IMG/VR virus record: IMGVR_UViG_3300035208_004239
Location: 259,611-323,610 of that record
Source of the DNA: a virus
Lineage: Duplodnaviria > Heunggongvirae > Uroviricota > Caudoviricetes
Reading direction: 5' to 3' (one strand)
Length of the DNA stretch: 64,000 nucleotides
Shown here: positions 1-11,000 of the stretch, in pieces
Layout of the letters: each line of letters starts with the position of its first letter
How positions within the stretch are numbered: the first letter of the stretch is position 1
Notes under the pieces: model-generated
What the model saw: the letters and a program-made list of their open reading frames with translations, nothing else
What the model was told of the DNA's origin: nothing
The model's database searches: none
Translations under genes and position numbers: made by a program

Positions 1-1
1 T

Positions 2-238
2 AATTGTAATATTAATAATTTTATTTTTTGTGTTAATGCTTGTGGCAATGTTGGAAATACTCAAACTTGTAGTAGTGGAATAATTCAAATTCAAGGAATT
101 TCAGAAATGGTCGGTGGTTGTTTCACATATAATTCAAATTCTCAAGATTATCGTACATTTGTAAAAGCAGAATATAAGAGTGATCCTTTTAATCTTGATG
201 ATCCATATCCATCAGGTGCAATACCAACACCAGAATAA
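2..238 (+). CDS. 3' end of a CDS continuing from upstream of the window (Cys/Asn/Gly-rich C-terminus, structural-protein-like)
   Basis: Open frame from window edge to TAA at 236-238; translation NCNINNF...YPSGAIPTPE; no start codon in window. Confidence 0.3.
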   Translation, partial: NCNINNFIFCVNACGNVGNTQTCSSGIIQIQGISEMVGGCFTYNSNSQDYRTFVKAEYKSDPFNLDDPYPSGAIPTPE

Positions 239-249
239 AATTAAAATAA

Positions 250-1209
250 ATGGCAACAGTAATATATACAATAGCTGGTGGAGTAGCACCCTTTACTGTG
301 GAATTAACACCAAGTTTAATTCCAATTAATACTCATCTTTCAATTGGTACTTTTTCATTTACTAATGTGGAAAATGGGGATTATACACTTGTTATTACAG
401 ATTCAAATGAATGTGTGTATGAATATCAACTTACTGTTGATCCTTTTGTTACTACGACCACAACAACAGTAATCCCCGGTAATAATATTATTGTTGGTCA
501 AATACAAGACCCTATATTAATTTTTAATCCTAATTCAACAAATCGAAGTAATCATTATTTTGGTGATACTTTAACAGATACTAATATAACACTTTATTTG
601 TGGTTTAAAACATTAGATGGCAAACCATTAACATCGTCAAAAACCATTAATTATTCAATTAATGCTATTGGTGAAATTCTTAATACTTCAACTACTGGTG
701 CTACAATTGGTTCAGGATATACCGATAATTTTATTGATAATTCTTATTTGGGAGTAACTTTATTGACAACTGGAATTACAGGTGTTTCATTTAATGGTTT
801 GATAAAAATTAGTAGTACTGAATATGAGGGAATTTCATATGCATTTACTGCTATGACTATAACAGGCACAAGTGGTACAGTTTATGTAATTCCTACACAA
901 TATACTGGATTATCATATAATGCTAATAGTAAATTTACATATCTTGGAGTTAGTGATGAAATACATACTGAAGTCACTGAATTAATAAGTGGTGCTGCAA
1001 CTACTATTTATGGTAACATTAAATTTAAAAAAGATTTCATTGAAACATATTTTAAATATAAATATCAAAAAGATTTATTTTTACCAGATTTTCAAATTGA
1101 TTTGAATGCATCTACTTTATGGCTTTCACCAAATATTCCAATTGTGGATGGAACAAAAATTTATGGTGTAAATTATATTGATAGAGATAATGTAATAATG
1201 AAATTTTAA
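250..1209 (+). CDS. hypothetical protein, Thr/Ser/Asn/Gly-rich, beta-rich (tail-fibre/structural-like)
   Basis: 319-aa ORF; composition and T/S/G-rich repeats typical of fibre/structural proteins; no catalytic motif. Confidence 0.35.
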   Translation: MATVIYTIAGGVAPFTVELTPSLIPINTHLSIGTFSFTNVENGDYTLVITDSNECVYEYQLTVDPFVTTTTTTVIPGNNIIVGQIQDPILIFNPNSTNRSNHYFGDTLTDTNITLYLWFKTLDGKPLTSSKTINYSINAIGEILNTSTTGATIGSGYTDNFIDNSYLGVTLLTTGITGVSFNGLIKISSTEYEGISYAFTAMTITGTSGTVYVIPTQYTGLSYNANSKFTYLGVSDEIHTEVTELISGAATTIYGNIKFKKDFIETYFKYKYQKDLFLPDFQIDLNASTLWLSPNIPIVDGTKIYGVNYIDRDNVIMKF

Positions 1210-1224
1210 CTATTTATAAATAGT

Positions 1225-1980
1225 ATGATAAAAGGATATACAGTATTTTTTAGTTATGTTTTAGAAACGAATTCAGGTTATGGATATAGCACAGCAATTC
1301 ACTGTAATTACATCAACAGTCTTTATTTGGATTCTATTACAAATAAAGAAGTGAATATTTATTTTAATAATGTTGATGATTTTAAATATTTGTCAAATAA
1401 TATTAATGGTGGAACTGGATATACCGTAAATAAAATTTATTTATTAATTCAACTTATTAATAATTCAACATATACTAATTTAAATACAATAAAACCAGTT
1501 GCTAATGAGTGGAGAAAATACGAAGTAACTGATCAAATTATAGATTATTTTAGTGGTTATACTACAGGAGAATCATTAACACCAACATATTTATGTGGTA
1601 GTATTTTTAAAGTTCCAATTTATAAATATAATACAATGTCAATTTATAATTTGGATTATTTAAATTACCCTTCAATTACTCAAGCAGAATTGAAGGGTGT
1701 AGATGCTCCACTTTGTTTTGGTGATGAACAATATTTTATTGGAAATGTTTCTGCAGATGCAGAAGCAATAGCATATACAACTGATCTTGCCATTAGTTTA
1801 CCACTTAATCAATATAATTCCACAACAAATCCAACTTGGGATCATCTTTCTGAGGTATATATAACTGAAATTGGGTTATATGACAGTACTAAAAAATTAG
1901 TGGCTATTGGTAAATTAAATGATCCTGTCCCTAAAAATTCAACCATTTCCAGAACAATAGTATTTGGTCTTGATTTTTAA
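1225..1980 (+). CDS. hypothetical protein (structural-like, Tyr/Asn-rich)
   Basis: 251-aa ORF immediately after previous gene, same strand. Confidence 0.3.
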   Translation: MIKGYTVFFSYVLETNSGYGYSTAIHCNYINSLYLDSITNKEVNIYFNNVDDFKYLSNNINGGTGYTVNKIYLLIQLINNSTYTNLNTIKPVANEWRKYEVTDQIIDYFSGYTTGESLTPTYLCGSIFKVPIYKYNTMSIYNLDYLNYPSITQAELKGVDAPLCFGDEQYFIGNVSADAEAIAYTTDLAISLPLNQYNSTTNPTWDHLSEVYITEIGLYDSTKKLVAIGKLNDPVPKNSTISRTIVFGLDF

Positions 1981-2064
1981 TTTAAAATAATCATAAAAAT
2001 TTATATTTTTTTATAAAAACTTAGTATTTATTATAAATGAAAAATAAAAAAATTTATAATATAT

Positions 2065-2268
2065 ATGAAAGATTTACTTATACTTAATGTTGCAAAGCCT
2101 AAATCTATTATAATTAATGGTGATTTACACAAAAGATTTAAGGTATTATGTAAAAACAAAAGTTTAAAAATTGGTGGTGTGATTGAAGATTTAATTAGAT
2201 TATATCTTGAAAACCCCAAAAAAATTCAATTAATGATCGAAGATTCAAAAGAAGTAAAAATAAATTAA
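2065..2268 (+). CDS. small DNA-binding protein, ribbon-helix-helix-like (CopG/Arc type)
   Basis: 67 aa; predicted beta-strand SIIINGDLHKRFK followed by two helices (LCKNKSLKIGGVIEDLIRLYLEN), the RHH pattern. Confidence 0.3.
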   Translation: MKDLLILNVAKPKSIIINGDLHKRFKVLCKNKSLKIGGVIEDLIRLYLENPKKIQLMIEDSKEVKIN

Positions 2269-2288
2269 AAAAATTACATAAATATTTT

Positions 2289-2900
2289 ATGGAAAAATAT
2301 ATTTGGTCATTAGATATAAGTACAACTAATATTGGTAGTTCATTATGGAATAATAAAGGAAAACTTATTGAATTAAAACATCTTGAATTAAAAACAGATA
2401 AAAAAATTACCATTCTAAATCGTGATATTTATAAAGCAGAAATTTTTAGGAAATATGTGTTAGAATATAAAGAACGCATATTGAATGAATTGAATGGTGA
2501 AATAATTAATATTATTGTTGAAGAACCATTGGGTGGAAGTAATAATCCATCGACAGCATCATTATTGTTTGGTTTTAATGGTATATGTAGATATATTTTA
2601 TTTTCAATTTTTGAGATTTATCCATTAAAAATTAGTGTGTATGATTCAAGAAAAACATTTTGTCCTGAATTAATAATTATTACATATAGAAAAGGATTAA
2701 AAAAAGAAACATTAACATTTCCACCTAAATATAAAGATAAAAAGAAGTTGTATATATGGGAAAAAGTATGTAAATTAGAACCACAAATTGAATGGTTTTA
2801 TAAAAAAGATACAAATGAACCCAAAGATATGTGTTTTGATATGAGTGATTCATATTGTGTTGGTTATGCGGGATTAAAACAATTAGAAATTATTAAATGA
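2289..2900 (+). CDS. RuvC-like Holliday junction resolvase
   Basis: IWSLDISTTNIGSS ~ RuvC ILGIDPGSRVTGY; IIVEEPLGG...STASLLFGFNGICRY ~ AIEQVF..SALKLGQARGV; C-terminal DMSDSYCVGYAG ~ DAADALAIAITH. Confidence 0.5.
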   Translation: MEKYIWSLDISTTNIGSSLWNNKGKLIELKHLELKTDKKITILNRDIYKAEIFRKYVLEYKERILNELNGEIINIIVEEPLGGSNNPSTASLLFGFNGICRYILFSIFEIYPLKISVYDSRKTFCPELIIITYRKGLKKETLTFPPKYKDKKKLYIWEKVCKLEPQIEWFYKKDTNEPKDMCFDMSDSYCVGYAGLKQLEIIK

Positions 2901-3205
2901 AATATGTATATTTAATTCAATCATTAGAAAATAGTTATTATAAAATTGGTTTATCTAAACATCCAAACAAAAGAATTAAAGAATTACAAACCGGGAATTC
3001 TTCCGAATTAAAATTAATTGAAACATATGAATCTGAATTTGCACACATAATTGAAAAAACATTACAAAGAAGGTATTCACATCTACGTAAGGAAGGTGAG
3101 TGGTTTGAAATGTCCATAAGTAATGAAATTTCATTTAAAAATGAATGTAAAAAAATAGAAGAAAATTTAAAATTTTTAAAAAAAAACAATTATGTATTTA
3201 TATAA
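2897..3205 (+). CDS. T5orf172/GIY-YIG-superfamily domain protein
   Basis: KYVYLIQSLENSYYKIGLSKHPNKRIKELQTGN...EGEWFEMS matches T5orf172 (MUG113) pattern VYl...yKIG.t.....R..el......gEWF; ATGA overlap with upstream gene. Confidence 0.45.
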   Translation: MKYVYLIQSLENSYYKIGLSKHPNKRIKELQTGNSSELKLIETYESEFAHIIEKTLQRRYSHLRKEGEWFEMSISNEISFKNECKKIEENLKFLKKNNYVFI

Positions 3206-3276
3206 AGTCTTGCTTTATTTCGATATATGTTATAAGTTTGATATAAAAATAAAGCATTTAAATTAATTTTATTTAT

Positions 3277-4743
3277 ATGACAAAAGAACGAATAGAAAAA
3301 GCAGTAGAAATAATAAAATATGCAATCAAAAATAAAATATCAGTTAAAGAAGCGTCAGTTAAATGTGGATATTCTGACACTTATGTAAAAAATGTTAAAA
3401 GAAAAATTTATGAAGCACACAATAATGGTGTTCTTAAAGAAGGACTTTTAAATATTTTTAATGAAGCATATAAAGAATATAAAAAGGGTAATGAACCTAA
3501 CACATTTTTAACTAAAAAAAATTATTCTGAAAATACTAAAACACACAAACCAGAAGACCTTCCTAAAATAATAAAAGGAGAACAAACAACATTTAAAGTT
3601 AATGGTAATTCTGCAGATATAGAATGGAAATCTGGTGGAAATTATCCTTCTGATCACGTAAGAACACTTGATCAATTATTAAAAATTTGTGAAGTTGATT
3701 TAAATCTTTGGCAAGTAAAAGATTATTTGGTTAATAAATGGGATGTAACAAGTTGGAAAAGTAAATATCCGGAAACACTTCAAAATTTTCAAGTTAAAGC
3801 ACGTTTAGAAAAAAATATTAAAGTAGCTGAAGCAATAGACGTAATTGGAATGTTCAGGGAAATGGTTGAAAATTACGAACCCCCAATATATGATTGGATG
3901 CCTGAAACACCAAAAAGAACTGAAGAAAATAATTTATTAGAAATATCAATATTTGATTTACATATTGGTAAACTTGCTTGGTGTGGGGAAACATACGAAA
4001 ATTATGACACAAAAATTGCTCGTGAAAGATTTTTAATTGCAATTGGAAATTTATTACATCGATCAAGCGGTTTTGAATTTTCAAGAATTTTATTTCCGGT
4101 AGGTAATGATTTTTTTAATTCTGATACAATAACTAATACCACTACAAATGGTACTCCACAGGATGAAGACCTTCGTTGGCAAAAAACATTTAAAATCGGT
4201 TGTAAATTACTTGTTGATGCAATTTATCTATTAAAAGAAACGGGTGTTCCTGTTGATGTAGTTGTTATTCCCGGTAATCATGATTTTGAACGTAGTTATT
4301 ATTTAGGTGAATATTTGGATGCTTGGTTTAGGAATGATCCTGTTATTAACATAGATAATGGTGCATCACCAAGAAAATTCTATCGTTTTGGTGAAGTATT
4401 ACTTGGATTTACGCATGGTAGTGAAGAAAAAGAAGGATCGTTGCCACTAATAATGGCAAGTGATATTATATCTAAACCTATGTGGAGTGAAACAAAATAT
4501 CATGAATGGCATCTTGGTCACATTCATAGAAAAAGAAATGTAAACTATAGTGTTACAGATAAAAAAAGAACCTTAAATGAAGATTTAGGGGTTACAGTGA
4601 GATATCTTTCAAGTCTTACAGGAACAGAAGAATGGCATCATAAAAAAGGTTTTATTGGAGCAATAAAAGCAGCAGATGCGTTTGTTTGGAATGATAAACT
4701 TGGATTAGTAGCACATTTAAATTCAAATTTAATTATAGAGTAA
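3277..4743 (+). CDS. calcineurin-like metallophosphoesterase with N-terminal HTH-like region
   Basis: Metallophosphatase motifs DLHIG, VGNDFF, IPGNHDFE, FTHGSE, LGHIHRK in order; 488 aa. Confidence 0.6.
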   Translation: MTKERIEKAVEIIKYAIKNKISVKEASVKCGYSDTYVKNVKRKIYEAHNNGVLKEGLLNIFNEAYKEYKKGNEPNTFLTKKNYSENTKTHKPEDLPKIIKGEQTTFKVNGNSADIEWKSGGNYPSDHVRTLDQLLKICEVDLNLWQVKDYLVNKWDVTSWKSKYPETLQNFQVKARLEKNIKVAEAIDVIGMFREMVENYEPPIYDWMPETPKRTEENNLLEISIFDLHIGKLAWCGETYENYDTKIARERFLIAIGNLLHRSSGFEFSRILFPVGNDFFNSDTITNTTTNGTPQDEDLRWQKTFKIGCKLLVDAIYLLKETGVPVDVVVIPGNHDFERSYYLGEYLDAWFRNDPVINIDNGASPRKFYRFGEVLLGFTHGSEEKEGSLPLIMASDIISKPMWSETKYHEWHLGHIHRKRNVNYSVTDKKRTLNEDLGVTVRYLSSLTGTEEWHHKKGFIGAIKAADAFVWNDKLGLVAHLNSNLIIE

Positions 4744-4744
4744 A

Positions 4745-5275
4745 ATGGGACAAAAAAATTTAATTAATTTGGGAAAGGGTAAAAATAAAAATATTGAAAA
4801 AAAATTACCCGAAGAAAAAAAAGAATTATCACCTGAAGAAGAGAGAGATTTGAAAGCCAAACAAACCGTTAACGAACTTTTACAGGATGTTAAATTAACA
4901 CCATCAAAAAAAGATGATGATTTTTTTGAAATGGTAGATGAATCAAATAATAAAGGAAGTGAATGGCTTTCTGAGCAAGTAACAATTTTAACCAAAGAAA
5001 ATGAAATTCTTCGTCAGAAAATCGAAATTTCGAAAGAAGATTATAAAAGAATTTTTGCGGAATCTCAAGAAATCAAAACTAATTTAGGTATAGTTGATGA
5101 TAATGTAGTAAAAGCAAAGGTAATTGAATTATTCAACGAATTACAAAATAATTACATTTCGATGGGTATTAATGTAATGGGTGTTGAAAATTTTAGGGTT
5201 AGATTTCCAGCCTTTTTAGAAAGAATGATAATGTTCTTTCCATTTTTAAAGGAAAAGAAAAAATATAAAATTTAA
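4745..5275 (+). CDS. hypothetical protein (K/E-rich, coiled-coil)
   Basis: 176-aa ORF, start 1 nt after previous stop. Confidence 0.4.
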   Translation: MGQKNLINLGKGKNKNIEKKLPEEKKELSPEEERDLKAKQTVNELLQDVKLTPSKKDDDFFEMVDESNNKGSEWLSEQVTILTKENEILRQKIEISKEDYKRIFAESQEIKTNLGIVDDNVVKAKVIELFNELQNNYISMGINVMGVENFRVRFPAFLERMIMFFPFLKEKKKYKI

Positions 5276-5311
5276 CTAATGTGAAATAGAATTAAAATTG
5301 CTTCAATTGAG

Positions 5312-5935
5312 TTGGAGCAATTTTTGTTTACATTGATAATTATGGTTGAAGATATAAATTTAATTAAAGAAGTTTTAAATAAAAATTATAAAGCTGAAAA
5401 ATTATTTTTTGATAAATATAGAAAAATAATTAAAAATTTTTTAAAAAATAAATTTTCAAAAATAGTTATTGATGACATAGATGATTATGTTTCAGATATT
5501 TTAATTAAAGTTTATGAAAATCTTAATAAATATAATATTAAATTTAATTTTAAAACATGGGTATTAACCATAGCCAAACATCATATGATTGATGTTTGGA
5601 GAAATAATGCTATTACTATACCAATTAATAATATTATTTTAGATGAAAATGATGATGAAAATAATTATTGTACAACAACAGGATGTTTAACCTTTAATGA
5701 AAATAGTAGTTTTAGTACATCATGTATTGTAGATTTTGAAAACAATAGTTCAATTTCATATATATCTTCACAATTATCCCCTGAAGATTATACTTTATTA
5801 ACAATGAAGTATATTCAAGGATATGATTATAATGAAATTGCTCAAGAATTTAATCTTACAAGTAGTACAATTAGCAATAAAGTAAATTATATTAAAACTA
5901 AACTAAAAAAAATTAACTTGGAGAGAGATTCATAA
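5312..5935 (+). CDS. RNA polymerase sigma factor (sigma-70/ECF-like)
   Basis: Region-2-like VSDILIKVYENLNKYN...FKTWVLTIAKHHMIDVWRNN and region-4 HTH EDYTLLTMKYIQGYDYNEIAQEFNLTSSTISNKVNYIKTKLKK. Confidence 0.6.
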   Translation: MEQFLFTLIIMVEDINLIKEVLNKNYKAEKLFFDKYRKIIKNFLKNKFSKIVIDDIDDYVSDILIKVYENLNKYNIKFNFKTWVLTIAKHHMIDVWRNNAITIPINNIILDENDDENNYCTTTGCLTFNENSSFSTSCIVDFENNSSISYISSQLSPEDYTLLTMKYIQGYDYNEIAQEFNLTSSTISNKVNYIKTKLKKINLERDS

Positions 5936-5968
5936 TTAAATAAGTATTTATAAAAAATATTTATTAAT

Positions 5969-7327
5969 ATGAAACAAGGTATTTTAGAATATATTAATCT
6001 AAAAAAAGAAATTGCTAAAAGTAAAGAAGGTAGAGATTATATAAAATATATTGTAGTTTCTAATATTAAAAATGAAACGTATAACGTAAAAGATAAACTA
6101 AAAGCTCTTGGTTTTAATTGGGATAGAAGAAATTTTAATTGGTATATATTTGGAAATAAATTAACCCATGATATTCTCGATGGGTTAAAACAAATCAATA
6201 ATGAGTTGAAAACTGATGGTGGACAAACCGAAAATATAGATGAATTTATTTATTCATTAGAATCATTTAGAGAACAAATTAATACTTCATCAGCTACTCC
6301 AGAAGTTAAAGTTAATTTAACATCACTTCTTGATCAATATATTGAAGATATAGCAAATGCTACTGATTCAAGAGCAGCAGATGCTGAAATACAAAAATAT
6401 ATTGAATTTTCACATAAATTTCATAATTATAGTTTTTTAAATTCAATATTAATTTATATTCAAGATAATAATGCAACAAAAGTTGCTGGTCGAAAAAAAT
6501 GGGAAAGTTTAGGTAGACAAGTTATTAATTTAGATAAAAGAATTGTAATTAATTGTTTTAATGAATATTATGTTGATCCTAAAACTGGAAAAAGAATGTC
6601 GTATTCATTAGATCAAAAAAAATCAGATAGAGATTATGTTGCAAAAGTAAAGGGAGGTACTGAACCATTTGATAAGAAAAAAATGGATGATATTGAATCA
6701 AGAACTAAAATCATAAAAACTGGTTTTAGTGATTGTAGTGTTTATGATGTTGCCAATACAACAGGAGAAGCATTACCAGAAGAACCTACATGGAAAGGCA
6801 CGTCTGATGATAGTGCAGATTCAATTGCATTATTTAATATTGCTAAAAAAAGTTTAGAAAATTCGGGTATAAAAGTAACTCAAGACCCATCAAAACAAGG
6901 TGAAGGAGGTTTGAGTGGAATTGGTTATATAAATATTAGTGCTGGTGAAAAAGGTAGTGGTGCTGCTTCGATAATTTTTCATGAATGGGGACATGAATTA
7001 CTTCATCATCCTAATAGTAAGTTTCATAGTAGGTCATTAGAATATTTTGAAAAAAAAGGTGAATTAACATATACACAAATTAAACAAATAAAAGAAGTAC
7101 AGGCAGAAACAATCTCTGCGGTATTATGTAAACATTATGCAATACCTACGAATCAACATCCTACATATATGGCTTTATGGCAAGGACAAGGTGGACTTAA
7201 AAGTAAAGAATTGATTAAAGAAAATATTGAAACTATTAGAGAAGTAAGTAATTTTATAATTAAACAAATTGAACTTAATAAAATAGAATTTGATAAGGCT
7301 AAAGAACTGGTACAACAACAAAAATAA
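5969..7327 (+). CDS. ArdC-like protein (N-terminal ssDNA-binding domain + zincin HExxH metallopeptidase-like domain)
   Basis: FHNYSFLNSILIYIQ..ATKVAGRKKWESLGRQV resembles ArdC N-domain; HEWGHELLHH HExxH motif in C-terminal part. Confidence 0.45.
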   Translation: MKQGILEYINLKKEIAKSKEGRDYIKYIVVSNIKNETYNVKDKLKALGFNWDRRNFNWYIFGNKLTHDILDGLKQINNELKTDGGQTENIDEFIYSLESFREQINTSSATPEVKVNLTSLLDQYIEDIANATDSRAADAEIQKYIEFSHKFHNYSFLNSILIYIQDNNATKVAGRKKWESLGRQVINLDKRIVINCFNEYYVDPKTGKRMSYSLDQKKSDRDYVAKVKGGTEPFDKKKMDDIESRTKIIKTGFSDCSVYDVANTTGEALPEEPTWKGTSDDSADSIALFNIAKKSLENSGIKVTQDPSKQGEGGLSGIGYINISAGEKGSGAASIIFHEWGHELLHHPNSKFHSRSLEYFEKKGELTYTQIKQIKEVQAETISAVLCKHYAIPTNQHPTYMALWQGQGGLKSKELIKENIETIREVSNFIIKQIELNKIEFDKAKELVQQQK

Positions 7328-7353
7328 TTAAGACATTTATAAAAATGTCTTAA
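7328..7353. terminator. bidirectional rho-independent terminator between convergent genes
   Basis: Perfect 11-bp stem ttaagacattt/aaatgtcttaa with 4-nt loop, T-runs on both sides. Confidence 0.6.
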
Positions 7354-7376
7354 TTATTTGGGACTTTTATTGTACG

Positions 7377-7643
7377 TTACATAATTTCAATTGTCTTTTT
7401 TATAGTTTTAACATCTTTTGATTTAGGAATGTTAATATTTAACACACCATCTTCCATTGTTGCACTAATATTATCAGAATCGGCATTATCAGGTAAAACA
7501 AATAATCTTTCATATTTACCAAAATAAGTTTGTTTACGATTATATTTTAAATCTTTTGTTTCTTTACGTTCTGCTTTAATAATTAATTTATCTTTTTCAA
7601 CATCAATTGATATGTTTTCTTTTTTTACTCCGGCAAGCAACAT
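7377..7643 (-). CDS. Hsp20/alpha-crystallin family small heat-shock protein (only internal ATG; homology continues upstream to ~7763 without a canonical start)
   Basis: ISATMEDGVLNINIPK and LINMLLAGVKKENISIDVEKDKLIIKAE match Hsp20 ACD; in-frame upstream NISDIFDKLFTHNPSS...PVHDVIENDNEYLIN also Hsp20-like but has no ATG/GTG/TTG. Confidence 0.6.
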   Translation of the reverse strand: MLLAGVKKENISIDVEKDKLIIKAERKETKDLKYNRKQTYFGKYERLFVLPDNADSDNISATMEDGVLNINIPKSKDVKTIKKTIEIM

Positions 7644-8028
7644 ATTAATTAAATATTCATTATCATTTTCGATAACATCATGTACGGGTGTCTTTGTAGT
7701 ACTATTGCAACATCTTGATGATGGATTATGAGTAAATAATTTGTCAAAAATATCTGAAATATTTTAATTAATCGCATATATCATTATATGTATGATAATT
7801 CTAATGTTTATTTAATGCGTAAAAGAAAAATTTTCCTTTCAATTTTGGAAAATAAAGATTATTTTTACGATATTAATAAATATAGAGTTCAAAAAAAACA
7901 TAATATTGAATATAAAAACACATATTATAATCAATCATAATTATCTAAAACATTAAGTAATGAGATTGGAATAAAAGAAACAACAATAAGAAGAATGTTG
8001 CAAAGAGGATATTCAATATCAAAAATAA

Positions 8029-11000
8029 TTGAAAAACAAAAAATTATTTAAATTAATGAGTATTAAAAAGATATGTCATTTGGGAGATATACATATTCGC
8101 AAAACACCCACACGAAATTCAGAATATGAGTTTGTTTTTAAAAATTTAATTAAATCACTTACTGAAAAAAAACCAGATAGAATAGTAATTGTTGGTGATT
8201 TAGTGCATGATTACCTTGATTTACAAGGTGAACAATTAATTATGGCAAATAGATTACTTAATGATTTAAGTAAAATTGCCCCTGTAAGAGTTACAAGAGG
8301 AAATCATGATTGCCGTAAAAAAAATTTAAAAAGAGTTGATTCAATAAAAGCAATTGTTGAAACACTAAATAATCCTGAAGTTATTTATTATGATAAAACA
8401 GGATTTTATGAAGATAAAAATATTAATTGGGCAGTTTGGCATCATGGTGAAATAAAAAATAATCCTTGGAAAAATAAAGAAGGTAAACATATTCTGGAAA
8501 ATCCGAATCATTTTTTAAATATTGATTTATTTCACGATCCAATCAATGGTTGTAAAGCAGTGAACGGTTTTGATATGAAAAGTAAATCATATTATAAACT
8601 TTCAGATTTTAAGGGAGATTTATCATTTTTTGGGGATATTCATAGAATGCAATTTTTAGATGAAACACATACAAAAGCATATTGTGGTTCATTAATCGCA
8701 CAGGATATTGGAGAAGGTGATGATAATTTTCATGGATATTTATTATGGGACGTAGAAACTAAAACTTCTGAATTAATATCAGTTAAAAATTATCATTCAT
8801 ATAATAATATTAAAATTTCACCATTTACGGACTTTGACGATTTGGATTTTGAAATTCCTAACCCAACACGGGAAATGCATGTTAGATTCATTTGGAACAC
8901 TCTTCCACAAACGAGAACTAAAGAAAATGAAAGAAAATTAATAAGTTATATAAAATCTAAATATTCTAATTTAATTATTTTACATAAAAATAACTTTATT
9001 GAAAGTGAAAATATTGAAATAAATGAAAACGTAACACTTCAAAATATTTCAAGTAAAACTGTTCAGCATGAAATTTTTACGGAATTTTTAGAAAAAATAG
9101 GAACAGATGCTAATATTATTAATGATGTAATTACTTTGGATGAAGAAATCCTCAATGAAATTAATATTGATGAAGATGTTAGTATTGAATGGAATATTAT
9201 TAAATTCGGTGGTATTAATTTTGCGTCTTATGGTCAATTGGATATTGATTGGCGAGATATGGACGGGTTATTTCAAATTACAGGTATTAATACTGCAGGA
9301 AAAACAACAATATTAAAATTAATAACATATATTCTTTTTAATAAATCATTAGAAACTGAATCTCGATTAAAATATGGTGATAAACGATTTGTTAATGATA
9401 GGAATGGTGCTACATATTGTGAAACATATCTTGTTTTAGAAGCTAATGGTGAATATTTTGGTATTAAAAGAAGAACTGATATTATAAGAAATAAAGAAGG
9501 TGAAATTACTGGTGCACCAACAAAATTAAACCATTATATACTTTCTAATCCTGATGAAGAAATGAATGAAAATACTTCATTAGAAAAACTGGATGCAGAT
9601 AAAAGGATTATTACACAAAATAAACTCGAATCAATTATTGGTGCATATGATGATTTTATGCGTATTGTGATGACAACATCTGATACTCTTAATAAAATAT
9701 TGTCTAATGATATGGCAATTTTTATTGATTCTTTATTGTCTGATAGTGGTTTAGATATTTTTGATAAAAAATTAGAAGGTTGGAAAATTATAAATAAAAG
9801 AATTAATGAAAAATCACGCATTTCTTGTAATATTGAAATTAAAGAAATGGAAATTGCTACTTTTACTGAAGAAATTAATTTATTTGAAAGTAATATATAT
9901 GATATTGAAATAATAAAATTACCAACTATTCAAAATAAAATTTCTACGGGACGTACATATGTCGAAACATTAACTAAGAAATTATTTAAAATAGACCCCG
10001 AAATTTACGATTTAAACGTAGATACGGTTAGAAAGGATATAAGAGTTCATCAAATGAACATAAATGATTACAATGCACGTAAAATAATATTAAATGATAT
10101 TATTATTCAACTTAAAGAATCTTATAATGAAAAACAACTAATTAAACTAATTGAAAAAAAAGAAGCTCACAAAACCATCGAATATAATAAAAAATTTGAA
10201 ATTAAAACTATTGAGCAAATTATTCGAGATGAAGAACATGCTATTGAAATAATTAATGGGGAAATTTTTAGATTAAAACAGGATGGGACAAAATTAAAAA
10301 CTGAAAGACAAAATTTAAAAAATAGTAAAATTTGTAGTCAATGTGGACAAATTATTGATAAAAAAGAACATCAAGATCATATTGCTAATAATATTAAAAT
10401 AAAAGAAATTGAAATGTTTTCAATTGCTGAAAAAATTAATGAAAAAGAAAAAATTGATAAACAAAATCATTTAAATAAAATCGAAATTAAAAAGGGTGAA
10501 ATAATTCCAATTCAAAAAAGTATTGAAAATTCGGCACTTGAAATGGAAAATGTATTAAGAGAAATAGGTGAACTTCTGAACGATAAAAATGATGTTGATA
10601 AACGTAAAGAATTATCAACAGAATTAAATCAAATACCAATATTGATTCAAAATGAAGAATTGAAAATTAATATACTTCAACAAAAAATAAATAATTACGA
10701 AAATAGTTTAAAGCAAATAGAAGAAAATCATAATACTGAAAAAGTTATTACTGCTGCAAAACAAAAATTATTAGTGCTTGAATCTGAAGAATTTAATGAA
10801 AAGGAAAATATTTTCATTATGAAAACCAGTGTTGCTGAAAAACAAAAAAAGATTAAAGAAAATGATCAATTAATTATCGATTTTAAAGCACAAGAATATA
10901 GAGATTCAGTTATGAATTTATATAAAATGTGTGTTCACCGGGATGGCATTCCAAGACAAATGTTAAGTAATTATATTATCCCAAAAATTAATCTAACACT

